DNA from: a virus
Virus record (IMG/VR): IMGVR_UViG_3300025853_000068
Span: 2,882-66,881 of that record
DNA length: 64,000 nucleotides
Reading direction: 5' to 3' (one strand)
Positions 43,897 through 52,832 of this stretch are shown in pieces. Each line of letters begins with the position of its first letter. Positions within the stretch are counted from its first letter, which is position 1. The notes below the pieces were generated by a model. The model made no database searches and was not told where the DNA came from. It saw only the letters and a program-made list of their open reading frames with translations. A program made the translations under genes and the position numbers.

Positions 43897-45612
43897 ATGA
43901 ACGTACAGGATAAAGAGATCAATGGATTTTTGATTGATGAGTTCAATCAACACGGCCTAGAAGTTGGGAAGACGCAGGGTGTATGCCCTACGTGTTCTCA
44001 CACTAGGAAACCTGAAAATAAGAAAGCTAAATGCGCTTCTTACGACTGGGAACGTGGTCTTGGTACCTGTCATAACTGCAATACTAGTTTTCAACTTCAC
44101 ACTTATAAGCGTAAAGGAAACAGCGAAAAGGTTTATGTTAAGCCTGAGCCTGCCTCTACTTATCGTATAAGTGAAAAAGTTGAAGACTGGTTTAAAGAAC
44201 GTGGTATATCATCAGCTTCCCTTCGTGACTTAAAAGTTACCACAGGTGAAGAATATATGCCACAGACAGGTAAATCTGAGAATACAATTCAATTTAACTA
44301 TTACATAAGCGATCAACTCATAAACGTTAAATACCGTGATGGCCGTAAGAATTTTAAACTGTACAAAGGTGCAGAAAAAATATTTTACAACATCAATAGT
44401 ATTATTGGTTATGACGCTTGTGTCATAGTTGAAGGCGAAATGGATGTGCTTGCAATGCACGAAGCGGGAGTTAAAAACGTTATATCAGTACCTAACGGTG
44501 CTACGTTAAACTCAAACAACCTTGATTATTTAGATAATTGCATAGACTATTTTGATGACAAAGAAAAGATTATATTAGCAGTTGATGCTGATGAACCTGG
44601 CCAAGCGCTAAAACAAGAGTTTATTCGTAGGCTCGGTGCTGAGGTTTGTTATCTAGTCGATTTCGAGGACTGTAAAGACGCAAACGATTATTTAGTTAAG
44701 TACGGAGCTGAAAAGCTTAGAGATGTAATTGATAACGTTAGGCCTGTACCTCTTGAGGGTGTGTCTACATTAAAAGATATAGAAGATGAGCTTAAAGATT
44801 TTGTTAAAAACGGCTTTAAACCCGGCTTTCAAATCGGACTTAAAAACTTTGATAGTATTTTCTCTACTTACACCGGTCAGTTTATTACTGTTACCGGCGT
44901 ACCTAGTAGCGGAAAGTCTGACTTTGTTGACCAGATGGTTGTGGGCTATAATCAACTATACGGTTGGAAAACTGCGTATGCTAGTCCAGAAAACCAACCA
45001 GTGTATTTACACGCGCACAAGTTAATGCGTAAACATTGGCAAGATATGCCAGCTGTAGGCGATATTGGCGGTGATAAATGGGAACAAGTTACTGATCATG
45101 TTAATGACAACTATTTCTTTATTGATATGGATAAATACAATTTAGAAGCGGTGTTACGTAAAGGCGCTGAGCTTGTTAAACGTAAAGGTATTAAATGTTT
45201 AGTTCTTGATCCATTTAATAAGATTAGAGATGTTAATGCACACTCAGATGACGTTAACCGTTATACAATGGATTATCTAGCTAAAATCGAAGCTTTCTGT
45301 AAAAAGTATGATGTACTAACATTTATTGTTGCACACCCTACTAAAATGTACAAAGGCCAAGATGGTAAGATGGAAGAGCCAACGATGTATAACATTAAAG
45401 GCGGTGGTGAGTGGTACGATGCTAGTTATCATGGTTTACTAGTTCACAGAGATTACGATGCTAAAACAACTAAGGTTAAAGTGCTTAAAGTTAAGTTCCA
45501 AAACCTCGGTGAAAACGGAGCTGAGTCTTTCTTTACATGGGAGCCACGCTCTGGTAGCTTTGTACCACACGTTGGCACCGAAGCTGAGACTGAACCAATG
45601 CCCTGGGAGTGA
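43897..45612 (+). CDS. Primase-helicase (T7 gp4/Twinkle-like)
   Basis: Zn ribbon CPTC...CHNC, TOPRIM VEGEMD / DADEPG / KDAND, Walker A GVPSSGKS, VAHPTK. Confidence 0.92.
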   Translation: MNVQDKEINGFLIDEFNQHGLEVGKTQGVCPTCSHTRKPENKKAKCASYDWERGLGTCHNCNTSFQLHTYKRKGNSEKVYVKPEPASTYRISEKVEDWFKERGISSASLRDLKVTTGEEYMPQTGKSENTIQFNYYISDQLINVKYRDGRKNFKLYKGAEKIFYNINSIIGYDACVIVEGEMDVLAMHEAGVKNVISVPNGATLNSNNLDYLDNCIDYFDDKEKIILAVDADEPGQALKQEFIRRLGAEVCYLVDFEDCKDANDYLVKYGAEKLRDVIDNVRPVPLEGVSTLKDIEDELKDFVKNGFKPGFQIGLKNFDSIFSTYTGQFITVTGVPSSGKSDFVDQMVVGYNQLYGWKTAYASPENQPVYLHAHKLMRKHWQDMPAVGDIGGDKWEQVTDHVNDNYFFIDMDKYNLEAVLRKGAELVKRKGIKCLVLDPFNKIRDVNAHSDDVNRYTMDYLAKIEAFCKKYDVLTFIVAHPTKMYKGQDGKMEEPTMYNIKGGGEWYDASYHGLLVHRDYDAKTTKVKVLKVKFQNLGENGAESFFTWEPRSGSFVPHVGTEAETEPMPWE

Positions 45613-45878
45613 TGGCAAAGAGAAGACCTTTTAAACCAGGCTTCCGACCTCTTTCAAAATTAGAATCTAAAATGATACAGTGGTGTATTGACAATAGCAT
45701 AGCTTGTTGTGTTGTACACAGTCAAGGCTTTTCAGGCCCTGGCGAAGAGTTCTGCGTTGAGATAATAATCAATGGTAAATCAAATTTTAGCCCTAACTTT
45801 AAGAAGCAGGAAGTATTAGAAAAACAAATCGAATATTATAAATACTACTATGACAAATACAATAAGAATACTAAATAA
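45609..45878 (+). CDS. Hypothetical protein
   Basis: 89 aa coupled to helicase gene. Confidence 0.6.
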   Translation: MMAKRRPFKPGFRPLSKLESKMIQWCIDNSIACCVVHSQGFSGPGEEFCVEIIINGKSNFSPNFKKQEVLEKQIEYYKYYYDKYNKNTK

Positions 45879-45987
45879 CAAAACGGTAATGTTAACTAGA
45901 AACGGTAAAACATTTATGCTGTCGGAAATTAAAAATCCTAACGCAGTAAAAGTATGGTATACAATAAATGGAAAACACTATGCATAG
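45850..45987 (+). CDS. 45-aa hypothetical protein
   Basis: MTNTIRILNNKTVMLTRNGKTFMLSEIKNPNAVKVWYTINGKHYA. Confidence 0.4.
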   Translation: MTNTIRILNNKTVMLTRNGKTFMLSEIKNPNAVKVWYTINGKHYA

Positions 45988-46654
45988 TTTTAAAACAGCT
46001 AACGATGCTTTTCATGATTTATACTGGCGTCTTGTACGCGACGGTGTAGACTTTGCTGGAACTAAAGCATTATTTAATGCTGGTTTTTATATTGAAAACC
46101 CTGCTTTAAATGATATTAAAGACAGTAAAGTTAAGCGCAATTGGTCTATTGAATATGCTGAAGCCGAATGGCAGTGGTATCTTTCAGGTCAACCATACAT
46201 TCAAAAGCTAGGAGACATATATGGTAAAGTACCTGCTATATGGAAACGTATGGCTAACGATCAAGGCTTTGTTAATTCTAACTACGGTTATCAATGGGAT
46301 AGAGAAGATCAATTGTCTAATGTTATTAGTATGTTAAGACAAAACCCTGACACTAGGCAAGCTGCAATATCTATATTTGATGGCAAAGAAAGACAGTTAT
46401 ATAATAATGATACTCCATGTACATACGCTGTACAGTTTACAATATTGCATGGCAAGCTTGATATGTCTGTTCTAATGCGATCTAATGATCTCTGGTACGG
46501 TTTCTGTAATGATCAGTATCAGTTTTCAAACTTACAAATGCTAGTTGCTCACGAGTTAAATATACCAGTTGGCGTATATTACCACTATGCACACAATTTG
46601 CACTTGTACAACGACAAATTACCAGAAGATAAAACTAGAAACTACCACTTATGA
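45968..46654 (+). CDS. Thymidylate synthase-family enzyme, dCMP hydroxymethylase-like
   Basis: VNSNYG, DTPCT (catalytic Cys), MRSNDLWYGFCND, HNLHLY; Asp at the Asn177-equivalent specificity position. Confidence 0.8.
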   Translation: MENTMHSFKTANDAFHDLYWRLVRDGVDFAGTKALFNAGFYIENPALNDIKDSKVKRNWSIEYAEAEWQWYLSGQPYIQKLGDIYGKVPAIWKRMANDQGFVNSNYGYQWDREDQLSNVISMLRQNPDTRQAAISIFDGKERQLYNNDTPCTYAVQFTILHGKLDMSVLMRSNDLWYGFCNDQYQFSNLQMLVAHELNIPVGVYYHYAHNLHLYNDKLPEDKTRNYHL

Positions 46655-47469
46655 TGTATGCTATTTATCACATACCCGGTGTTAAAATCGGTGTAACAAA
46701 TAACATTAAACACAGGGTTGAAGAACAACAAGGATACGACGTTGGCGAGTATGAAATACTAGAAATGTCTGACGATATAGATTATATATCTAAGCGTGAA
46801 CTGTATTTGCAAGAGCGCCACGGCTATAGAGTTGATCGACAGCTTTATAAAGATTTATTTAATAACAATTTTATAGAATTAAACAATATGGATATAAATG
46901 TAACTGAAATGACCACAACTTTTCCTTGCCCGGTCAATAAACTAAAAGGCAGACTTATGGATAACCTCGGTAAGTCTTGGGAAACAATCGCTGGCCCTGT
47001 TATGGTAACAGAGTCTTCAATACGATGGATAATGGATAACGTTAAATCATCACAGTATACTAGTGATCGATGCTATGTGTATAATAAAGCTTTTGCTAGA
47101 TGGTTTGACAACAACGACCCTCATAGAGATACAATTAAATTCACCAGCTGTAGTACAGCGTGCGATGATTGTGGTGAAGAAATATTTGACTGTATTAGAG
47201 CTTGGGCTAACGAAAGAGGCTTGTACGATAAAGGCGATCCTAAAACACAGTACATTAAGTTAATGGAAGAGACTGGTGAGATCGGTAGAGCTATACTTAA
47301 AAATGACACTGAACAAATTATTGATGGTATTGGCGACGCTGTAGTTGTATTAACTAACTTGGCTGAGCTATGCGGCGTGCCTATTGAAGAGTGTATACAA
47401 GAAGCTTACAACGTTATTAGTAAGCGTACAGGTAAAATGGTTAACGGAACATTTGTAAAAGATAATTAA
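46651..47469 (+). CDS. MazG-like NTP pyrophosphohydrolase with GIY-YIG-like N-terminal extension
   Basis: C-terminal KLMEETGEI...DGIGDAVVVL; N-terminal YAIYHI...KIGVT...R. Confidence 0.7.
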   Translation: MMYAIYHIPGVKIGVTNNIKHRVEEQQGYDVGEYEILEMSDDIDYISKRELYLQERHGYRVDRQLYKDLFNNNFIELNNMDINVTEMTTTFPCPVNKLKGRLMDNLGKSWETIAGPVMVTESSIRWIMDNVKSSQYTSDRCYVYNKAFARWFDNNDPHRDTIKFTSCSTACDDCGEEIFDCIRAWANERGLYDKGDPKTQYIKLMEETGEIGRAILKNDTEQIIDGIGDAVVVLTNLAELCGVPIEECIQEAYNVISKRTGKMVNGTFVKDN

Positions 47470-47470
47470 T

Positions 47471-47779
47471 ATGAGCGACAGAGAAATAATGGACGGTAAA
47501 AACGGTATAGCTGCAAGAAAGTCTTACGGCTTTAGAGATCCAGTAGTTAAAAACGTAGTTGATAAGTTTGTTGAAAGGTCTAATGTTGGCTACACTAAGT
47601 ATGGTCAATCATTGCACGATGAAAGATCATCTGGTGTTAAAGACTTATCTGCATACTTAAACGATATACAAGAAGAGTTAATGGATGCTATCTTATATAT
47701 TCAGGCTGCGCGCGAAGAACTACGTGATTTATCAGAAGAAGCTTTAATACAAAGATTTAATGATGAAGAAGAGATCTAA
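47471..47779 (+). CDS. Small all-alpha NTP-PPase-like protein
   Basis: R...G..KYG...IQEELMDAILY. Confidence 0.55.
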   Translation: MSDREIMDGKNGIAARKSYGFRDPVVKNVVDKFVERSNVGYTKYGQSLHDERSSGVKDLSAYLNDIQEELMDAILYIQAAREELRDLSEEALIQRFNDEEEI

Positions 47780-48203
47780 AAAACGTGGACCTGTACGAGC
47801 TAAGAAGGTCGTAGTTGATGGTATACAGTTTGCATCAGGGCTAGAGCGATATATGTATCTAGCCCTGAAAAAAGCTAAGCTAAAAGCTAGATACGAAGGC
47901 GAGACTTATGTAATACAAGAAGGCTTTGAGTTTAACCAAAGCTGTTATGAAAAACAGTCTAATGGTAAAGGTGAATATAAAGATCGTGGTAACAAGAAAA
48001 TACTACCAGTAAAGTACACGCCTGATTTTATCGGCAAAGACTTTATTATCGAGTGTAAAGGCCGTGCTAACGAAAGTTTTCCAATGCGATGGAAAATGTT
48101 TAAAAAGTACGTAAAAGAGAATTTACCTCGTGTAACTTTATATAAACCCCAAAATCAAAAAGACTGTGATGAAACTATTAATTTAATACTAAAATCACAA
48201 TGA
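47760..48203 (+). CDS. T7 endonuclease I-like PD-(D/E)xK nuclease / resolvase
   Basis: FASGLE, YTPDF, IECKG. Confidence 0.8.
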   Translation: MMKKRSKKRGPVRAKKVVVDGIQFASGLERYMYLALKKAKLKARYEGETYVIQEGFEFNQSCYEKQSNGKGEYKDRGNKKILPVKYTPDFIGKDFIIECKGRANESFPMRWKMFKKYVKENLPRVTLYKPQNQKDCDETINLILKSQ

Positions 48204-48340
48204 AAGATAATTGGGAATTAAGCTTTGGAACTTTTCCAGGCTTATTGTTCGGCATGAGAACATACAGAGAAGAACTAAGAGACAATCATGTAATATATCT
48301 AGGTTTCTTAGACATTTGTTTAACTATTTATAAAAACTAA
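48200..48340 (+). CDS. 46-aa hypothetical protein
   Basis: MKDNWELSFGTFPGLLFGMRTY...; ATGA-coupled. Confidence 0.5.
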   Translation: MKDNWELSFGTFPGLLFGMRTYREELRDNHVIYLGFLDICLTIYKN

Positions 48341-48343
48341 TTA

Positions 48344-50197
48344 ATGAATAATATACTATCAGATATTACTGTGCACATGAAGTATGCTAAGTTTATGCCC
48401 GAGCTTAATCGTAGAGAGACTTGGGCAGAGCTTGTAGATCGTAATGTAGCAATGCACAAAAAGAAATACCCTAACCTAATAGACCAAATAGATGAAGCAT
48501 ATAAGTTTGTGTATAATAAAAAAGTTTTACCAAGTATGCGATCGTTGCAGTTTGCAGGTAAGCCTATTGAAATATCCCCTAATCGCTTATACAACTGTAG
48601 TTATTTGCCTGCTGATAGTGTCGACGCTTTTAATGAAATAATGTTTTTACTTTTGTCTGGCTGTGGTGTAGGCTACTCAGTACAACAACACCACATTAAA
48701 AAGCTACCGGCTATTATTAAGCCGTTTGACAAACGTAGTAGACGATTTGTTATTGGCGATAGTATTGAAGGCTGGTCTGATGCTGTTAAAGTTTTAGTTA
48801 AGTCTTATCTTGGTGATAAGCGTACGTCAAAAATAAACTTTGATTATACAGACATAAGACCTAAAGGTGCAAGACTTGTAACGTCTGGTGGTAAAGCACC
48901 AGGCCCACAGCCATTAAAAGAATGTTTAATAAAAATAGAAGGTATACTAAATGCGAAAGAAGACGGATCGACTCTCAGCTCTATTGAGACTCACGATATT
49001 ATTTGTCATATTGCTGATGCTGTCCTTGCTGGCGGCATAAGACGTGCGGCTTTAATAGCATTATTTACAGCAACTGATGATGATATGATAAGCTGTAAGT
49101 CAGGTAACTGGTGGGAAACAGATCCACAACGTGGTCGTGCTAATAACTCAGCTGTACTTATGAGACATAAAATAACTAAAGAGTTTTTTATGGATTTATG
49201 GAAACGTGTTGAACTGTCTGGTGCAGGCGAACCTGGTATATACTTAAACAACGACAAAGACTGGGGTACAAACCCGTGTTGTGAAATAGCTTTGCGTCCG
49301 TTTCAGTTCTGTAACTTATGTGAGGTTAATGTATCTGATCTTGAAAGTCAAGATGATTTAAACGCTAGAGTTAAAGCTGCAGCATTTATAGGTACACTAC
49401 AAGCTAGTTATACTGACTTTCATTATCTAAGAGAAATATGGAGAGAGACAACAGAAAAAGACGCGCTTATCGGTGTGTCAATGACAGGAATAGGGAGTGC
49501 CGCTGTGCTCCAGCTGGATATGAAGGCAGCTGCAAGTATAGTGAAAAGAGAAAACACGAGAGTAGCAAAGCTACTAAATATAAATCCAAGCGCTAGATGT
49601 ACAACTGTAAAACCTGCAGGGACAACTTCTCTAGTGCTAGGAACATCTTCGGGTATTCATGCATGGCATAATGATTATTATGTACGTAGGATGCGCGTAG
49701 GAAAGAACGAGGCTATATATACGTATCTAAATAATAATCACCCTGATTTAATTGAAGATGAATATTTTAGACCTCATGATACAGCCGTTATATCTGTACC
49801 ACAAAAAGCACCTGACAACTCTATACTTAGAACTGAGTCACCGTTTGATACACTTGAACGTGTTAAACGTGTAGCTACTGAGTGGGTTAAGCCAGGTCAC
49901 CGAAAAGGTAGTAACACACACAACGTGTCTGCAACAATATCGTTGAAAGATAATGAGTGGGAAGCTGCTGGTGAGTGGATGTGGTTAAATAAAGATTATT
50001 ACAACGGTTTATCTGTATTGCCTTATAATGGAGGTACATACACGCAGGCTCCGTTTGAAGACATTGACGAAGCTAAGTTTATTGAAATGTCTAAAGTGTT
50101 ATCTAATGTAGACTTAACCAAGGTGGTTGAGCTAGATGACAACACAGATCTATCAGGCGAGCTTGCTTGTGCTGGTGGAAACTGTGAAGTAGTTTAA
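48344..50197 (+). CDS. nrdJ: Class II (adenosylcobalamin-dependent) ribonucleotide reductase, monomeric RTPR type
   Basis: YNCS, GGIRRAA, TNPCCEI, TTVKPAGT, C-terminal LACAGGNCEV; no small-subunit gene nearby. Confidence 0.88.
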   Translation: MNNILSDITVHMKYAKFMPELNRRETWAELVDRNVAMHKKKYPNLIDQIDEAYKFVYNKKVLPSMRSLQFAGKPIEISPNRLYNCSYLPADSVDAFNEIMFLLLSGCGVGYSVQQHHIKKLPAIIKPFDKRSRRFVIGDSIEGWSDAVKVLVKSYLGDKRTSKINFDYTDIRPKGARLVTSGGKAPGPQPLKECLIKIEGILNAKEDGSTLSSIETHDIICHIADAVLAGGIRRAALIALFTATDDDMISCKSGNWWETDPQRGRANNSAVLMRHKITKEFFMDLWKRVELSGAGEPGIYLNNDKDWGTNPCCEIALRPFQFCNLCEVNVSDLESQDDLNARVKAAAFIGTLQASYTDFHYLREIWRETTEKDALIGVSMTGIGSAAVLQLDMKAAASIVKRENTRVAKLLNINPSARCTTVKPAGTTSLVLGTSSGIHAWHNDYYVRRMRVGKNEAIYTYLNNNHPDLIEDEYFRPHDTAVISVPQKAPDNSILRTESPFDTLERVKRVATEWVKPGHRKGSNTHNVSATISLKDNEWEAAGEWMWLNKDYYNGLSVLPYNGGTYTQAPFEDIDEAKFIEMSKVLSNVDLTKVVELDDNTDLSGELACAGGNCEVV

Positions 50198-50215
50198 TTT
50201 AATTTAATATTTATT

Positions 50216-50407
50216 ATGAACGAAGTAACAAAATTGTACAATCAAATGCTAGTTAACCTTGAAAAAGGTATTGAAGACTTAGAAAAGTTTAACCACGGAA
50301 ATAAGTCTGCTGGAACTAGAGTAAGAAAGAACATGCAAGATGTTAAGAACTTAGCCCAACAAGTTAGGACTGAAGTTCAAGAAATGAAAAATGCAGTTGC
50401 TGCATAA
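50216..50407 (+). CDS. Histone H1-like protein (Hc1 family)
   Basis: GNKSAGTRVRK motif typical of Bacteroidota Hc1. Confidence 0.8.
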   Translation: MNEVTKLYNQMLVNLEKGIEDLEKFNHGNKSAGTRVRKNMQDVKNLAQQVRTEVQEMKNAVAA

Positions 50408-50410
50408 AAC

Positions 50411-50437
50411 AAAAGGGGCTTCGGCCCCTTTATTTTT
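50411..50437. terminator. Bidirectional Rho-independent terminator at convergence of the two gene blocks
   Basis: AAAAGGGGC-TTCG-GCCCCTTT-ATTTTT. Confidence 0.85.
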
Positions 50438-50819
50438 CTCCACACTTTTTACTTGGGTTACCAACTTGTACCCAGTTTTCTTTTTTAAACCAGTCTCTTA
50501 GTGTAGCTCCTTTTTTTCTAGCGCCTTTAACAAAGGACTTACTAGATCTTTTATACTTACCGCCTTTAGCCGCCTTACGTTTAGCTCTAACAACTCTAGA
50601 TCTTTCAGACTTGCTCATGCGTCGAACTTTAGAAGCTGGCAGACATACTTTTTTAGTGCCTCCGCCTTTAACTTTACTTCTTTTTTTAGTAGGAGGTTCG
50701 TGTGTATATCCTTTTTCACCAAGATCTACGTGCTCTTTGTGGGTTTCAGCTACTACTTTTTTACCTGTATCAGGTTCGTACATGTCATGAGCCTTAAAGC
50801 CCTTCATCTTAAAAGCCAT
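50430..50819 (-). CDS. Lys/Arg-rich late protein (MAFKM leader)
   Basis: MAFKMKG...CLP...LRDWFKKENWV. Confidence 0.7.
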   Translation of the reverse strand: MAFKMKGFKAHDMYEPDTGKKVVAETHKEHVDLGEKGYTHEPPTKKRSKVKGGGTKKVCLPASKVRRMSKSERSRVVRAKRKAAKGGKYKRSSKSFVKGARKKGATLRDWFKKENWVQVGNPSKKCGEK

Positions 50820-51172
50820 TATTTCTTTTTTTCATCTTTGCCTAAACGTTTTCTAACTATGTTCATAGTTGTCTTCATTTTTTTAGCGTAGCTAGGGTTT
50901 TTACCTCTATTAAATACAACCTGCTGGTTTAAGCTACTAATAATTTTAGACAAATTACCTTTTCTAGTCTTAATCATCCAACTAGCTAAACCTGATGCTG
51001 ATAAGCTTTTAAATTTACCCTTAGCGTCAGGCGCGTCAGAGTGTTTAAACTTACCCATGCGTTTAGGTAAGGCGCCTTGTAGCTTTTTAGCTTGACCAGC
51101 ATGAGTCTTACTAGCTTTTTTAAGCTCAGATATAACTTCTTTTATTGTGTTATTTTTTAATTTAAAAAACAT
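50819..51172 (-). CDS. Lys-rich late protein
   Basis: ELKKASKTHAGQAKKL motif. Confidence 0.65.
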   Translation of the reverse strand: MFFKLKNNTIKEVISELKKASKTHAGQAKKLQGALPKRMGKFKHSDAPDAKGKFKSLSASGLASWMIKTRKGNLSKIISSLNQQVVFNRGKNPSYAKKMKTTMNIVRKRLGKDEKKK

Positions 51173-51351
51173 TACTTCTTCTTTTTGCCACCACCAAACT
51201 TACTAGGTCCACCAGCTCTAGTACAGCGAACACCCCAGCCAGAAGCATAAGCGCTAGGCCAAACTTTGAATTTACGTTTAGCAGCTGCTTTGCAAGCTCC
51301 ACTAATTTTTTTTAAAGAGCTATTACTTGGTGTTATATTATATTCTGCCAT
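51172..51351 (-). CDS. 59-aa basic protein (WPSAYASG motif; not in ORF track)
   Basis: MAEYNITPSNSSLKKISGACKAAAKRKFKVWPSAYASGWGVRCTRAGGPSKFGGGKKKK; exactly fills gap with coupled ends. Confidence 0.7.
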   Translation of the reverse strand: MAEYNITPSNSSLKKISGACKAAAKRKFKVWPSAYASGWGVRCTRAGGPSKFGGGKKKK

Positions 51352-51989
51352 TATTTTCTACGTTTTTTACCACAGCTTCTCTTGTTCATGCCTGATGGCT
51401 TTATGTAATGCTTGCTTTTAGGATCATCAAAAGCGCTATTGTCTTCGCTATATCCTTTAGCAAACATCTCAGTAGCCATAACATCTTGAGCACTTCTACT
51501 TCTATCAGCTCGTCTTCTTTTACGCGCAGCTCTTCTAGCTAAACGTCTAGCTCTTCTTTCATTACCTTCGTTTGCGGCTTCAGCTGTTCTTAGCTCTAAT
51601 TCTTCTGCTTTTTTATACTTACGAGATGTTCTTCCTCTAGTAAACTCAGAAGCTCTACCTCTAGGTTCACCAATAGCGTCAAGACCTGCTTTACTTTTTT
51701 CATCGTCAGCGGTGTATTTTTTTGCCATGCTATTTTCATGAACCTTTCTCATCGACGTACCATAATTTAACATGCCACTCCTGTCGTTCATTGGCATTCC
51801 TTTGTTATCCATGATAGCCTTTGTGAAGTTTTTATTAAGCTCACCGGCTTCAGCTTTTTGCTCTAGCTCTTTAGTAAACCCCATTGGAGTATAGTTTTTC
51901 TTAAAACAGTGTGACTTTAAAGGTCCTCTGTTCATTCGTAAACCACCTTTTGATTTACCAGTTTTACAAAATGAGTTTTTGTATGCCAT
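51351..51989 (-). CDS. Basic late protein
   Basis: 212 aa, Arg-rich helix, MAYKN leader. Confidence 0.65.
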   Translation of the reverse strand: MAYKNSFCKTGKSKGGLRMNRGPLKSHCFKKNYTPMGFTKELEQKAEAGELNKNFTKAIMDNKGMPMNDRSGMLNYGTSMRKVHENSMAKKYTADDEKSKAGLDAIGEPRGRASEFTRGRTSRKYKKAEELELRTAEAANEGNERRARRLARRAARKRRRADRSRSAQDVMATEMFAKGYSEDNSAFDDPKSKHYIKPSGMNKRSCGKKRRK

Positions 51990-51999
51990 AATTATTTAT

Positions 52000-52326
52000 T
52001 TAACAGTTCCATCTGCGTCTAGCAGCTTTACCTCTTTTACTTTTCCAACCTTTTGATCTAGCGCAAAATGATTTTCTACGCTTAGCAGCTTTGCTACCTG
52101 GTTTTAGTTTTGATGGTGGTGTTGTTACAGCGGTTTTAAGTTTACTTCCTGGGTTCTTGCGTCTATATTCTTTAACGCCTTTTTCAGTCATACCCCCACC
52201 AGCTTTACCGCCAGTGCCAGTAGACTTTGCTTTATTAAAGTTTTTACCAGGACCTATAGTTTTTCTAACGTCTGGTTTTCTTTTTCTTTTCCTCTTGTTT
52301 AGAGGTGATTCCATTATAAACGCCAT
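52000..52326 (-). CDS. Basic protein (DUF6321-like, RRKSFCAR...RWNC)
   Basis: GGMTEKGV..YRRKNPGSKLKTAV...RRKSFCARS...RRWNC. Confidence 0.7.
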   Translation of the reverse strand: MAFIMESPLNKRKRKRKPDVRKTIGPGKNFNKAKSTGTGGKAGGGMTEKGVKEYRRKNPGSKLKTAVTTPPSKLKPGSKAAKRRKSFCARSKGWKSKRGKAARRRWNC

Positions 52327-52327
52327 A

Positions 52328-52675
52328 CTAATAATCTATAAATATATTATAAAGCTTATCTGTGGCTGTAGCCCTAATCAAAAGAGTGTAATCATCTCCT
52401 TCTAAAGCTCCTGTTATAGCAGTGCTATCTATAAGCCCTGTAAAGTCTAATCCTTCTATACATAAGGTTACACCTGTTGGGATTTTTATAGCCTGTAGTA
52501 CGTTTACACCTTCTGTTAAACTAGTTGCGCCAGCGCTGTTGGATTTTCCTACAGCTAAGTCAATGCTGATAGCTTCACTGTCGGCATTAGCTACAAGCAG
52601 TTTCTTAAATACTATGCATTTTAAATCTACAAATTGATTCGTGTTGCTGTCTATGTCGAGTAATAGTGATGCCAT
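52328..52675 (-). CDS. Small beta-rich structural protein
   Basis: LLVAN...IKIPTGVTL pattern; late operon. Confidence 0.55.
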   Translation of the reverse strand: MASLLLDIDSNTNQFVDLKCIVFKKLLVANADSEAISIDLAVGKSNSAGATSLTEGVNVLQAIKIPTGVTLCIEGLDFTGLIDSTAITGALEGDDYTLLIRATATDKLYNIFIDY

Positions 52676-52676
52676 A

Positions 52677-52832
52677 TTATTCTGCGTTTTGTGCTTCTGT
52701 TAATTCATCTAGCTTTTCTATAATTTTTTTTAGTATAGCTACAACATCTTGGTAATCACCACTAAGCATTGATTCTTCTATATCTGCCGACATATCTGTC
52801 AGCTCTTGTGTCATTGTTTTTATATCTGCCAT
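52677..52832 (-). CDS. 51-aa acidic coiled-coil protein (possible fibre chaperone)
   Basis: MADIKTMTQELTDMSADIEESMLSGDYQDVVAILKKIIEKLDELTEAQNAE. Confidence 0.5.
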   Translation of the reverse strand: MADIKTMTQELTDMSADIEESMLSGDYQDVVAILKKIIEKLDELTEAQNAE

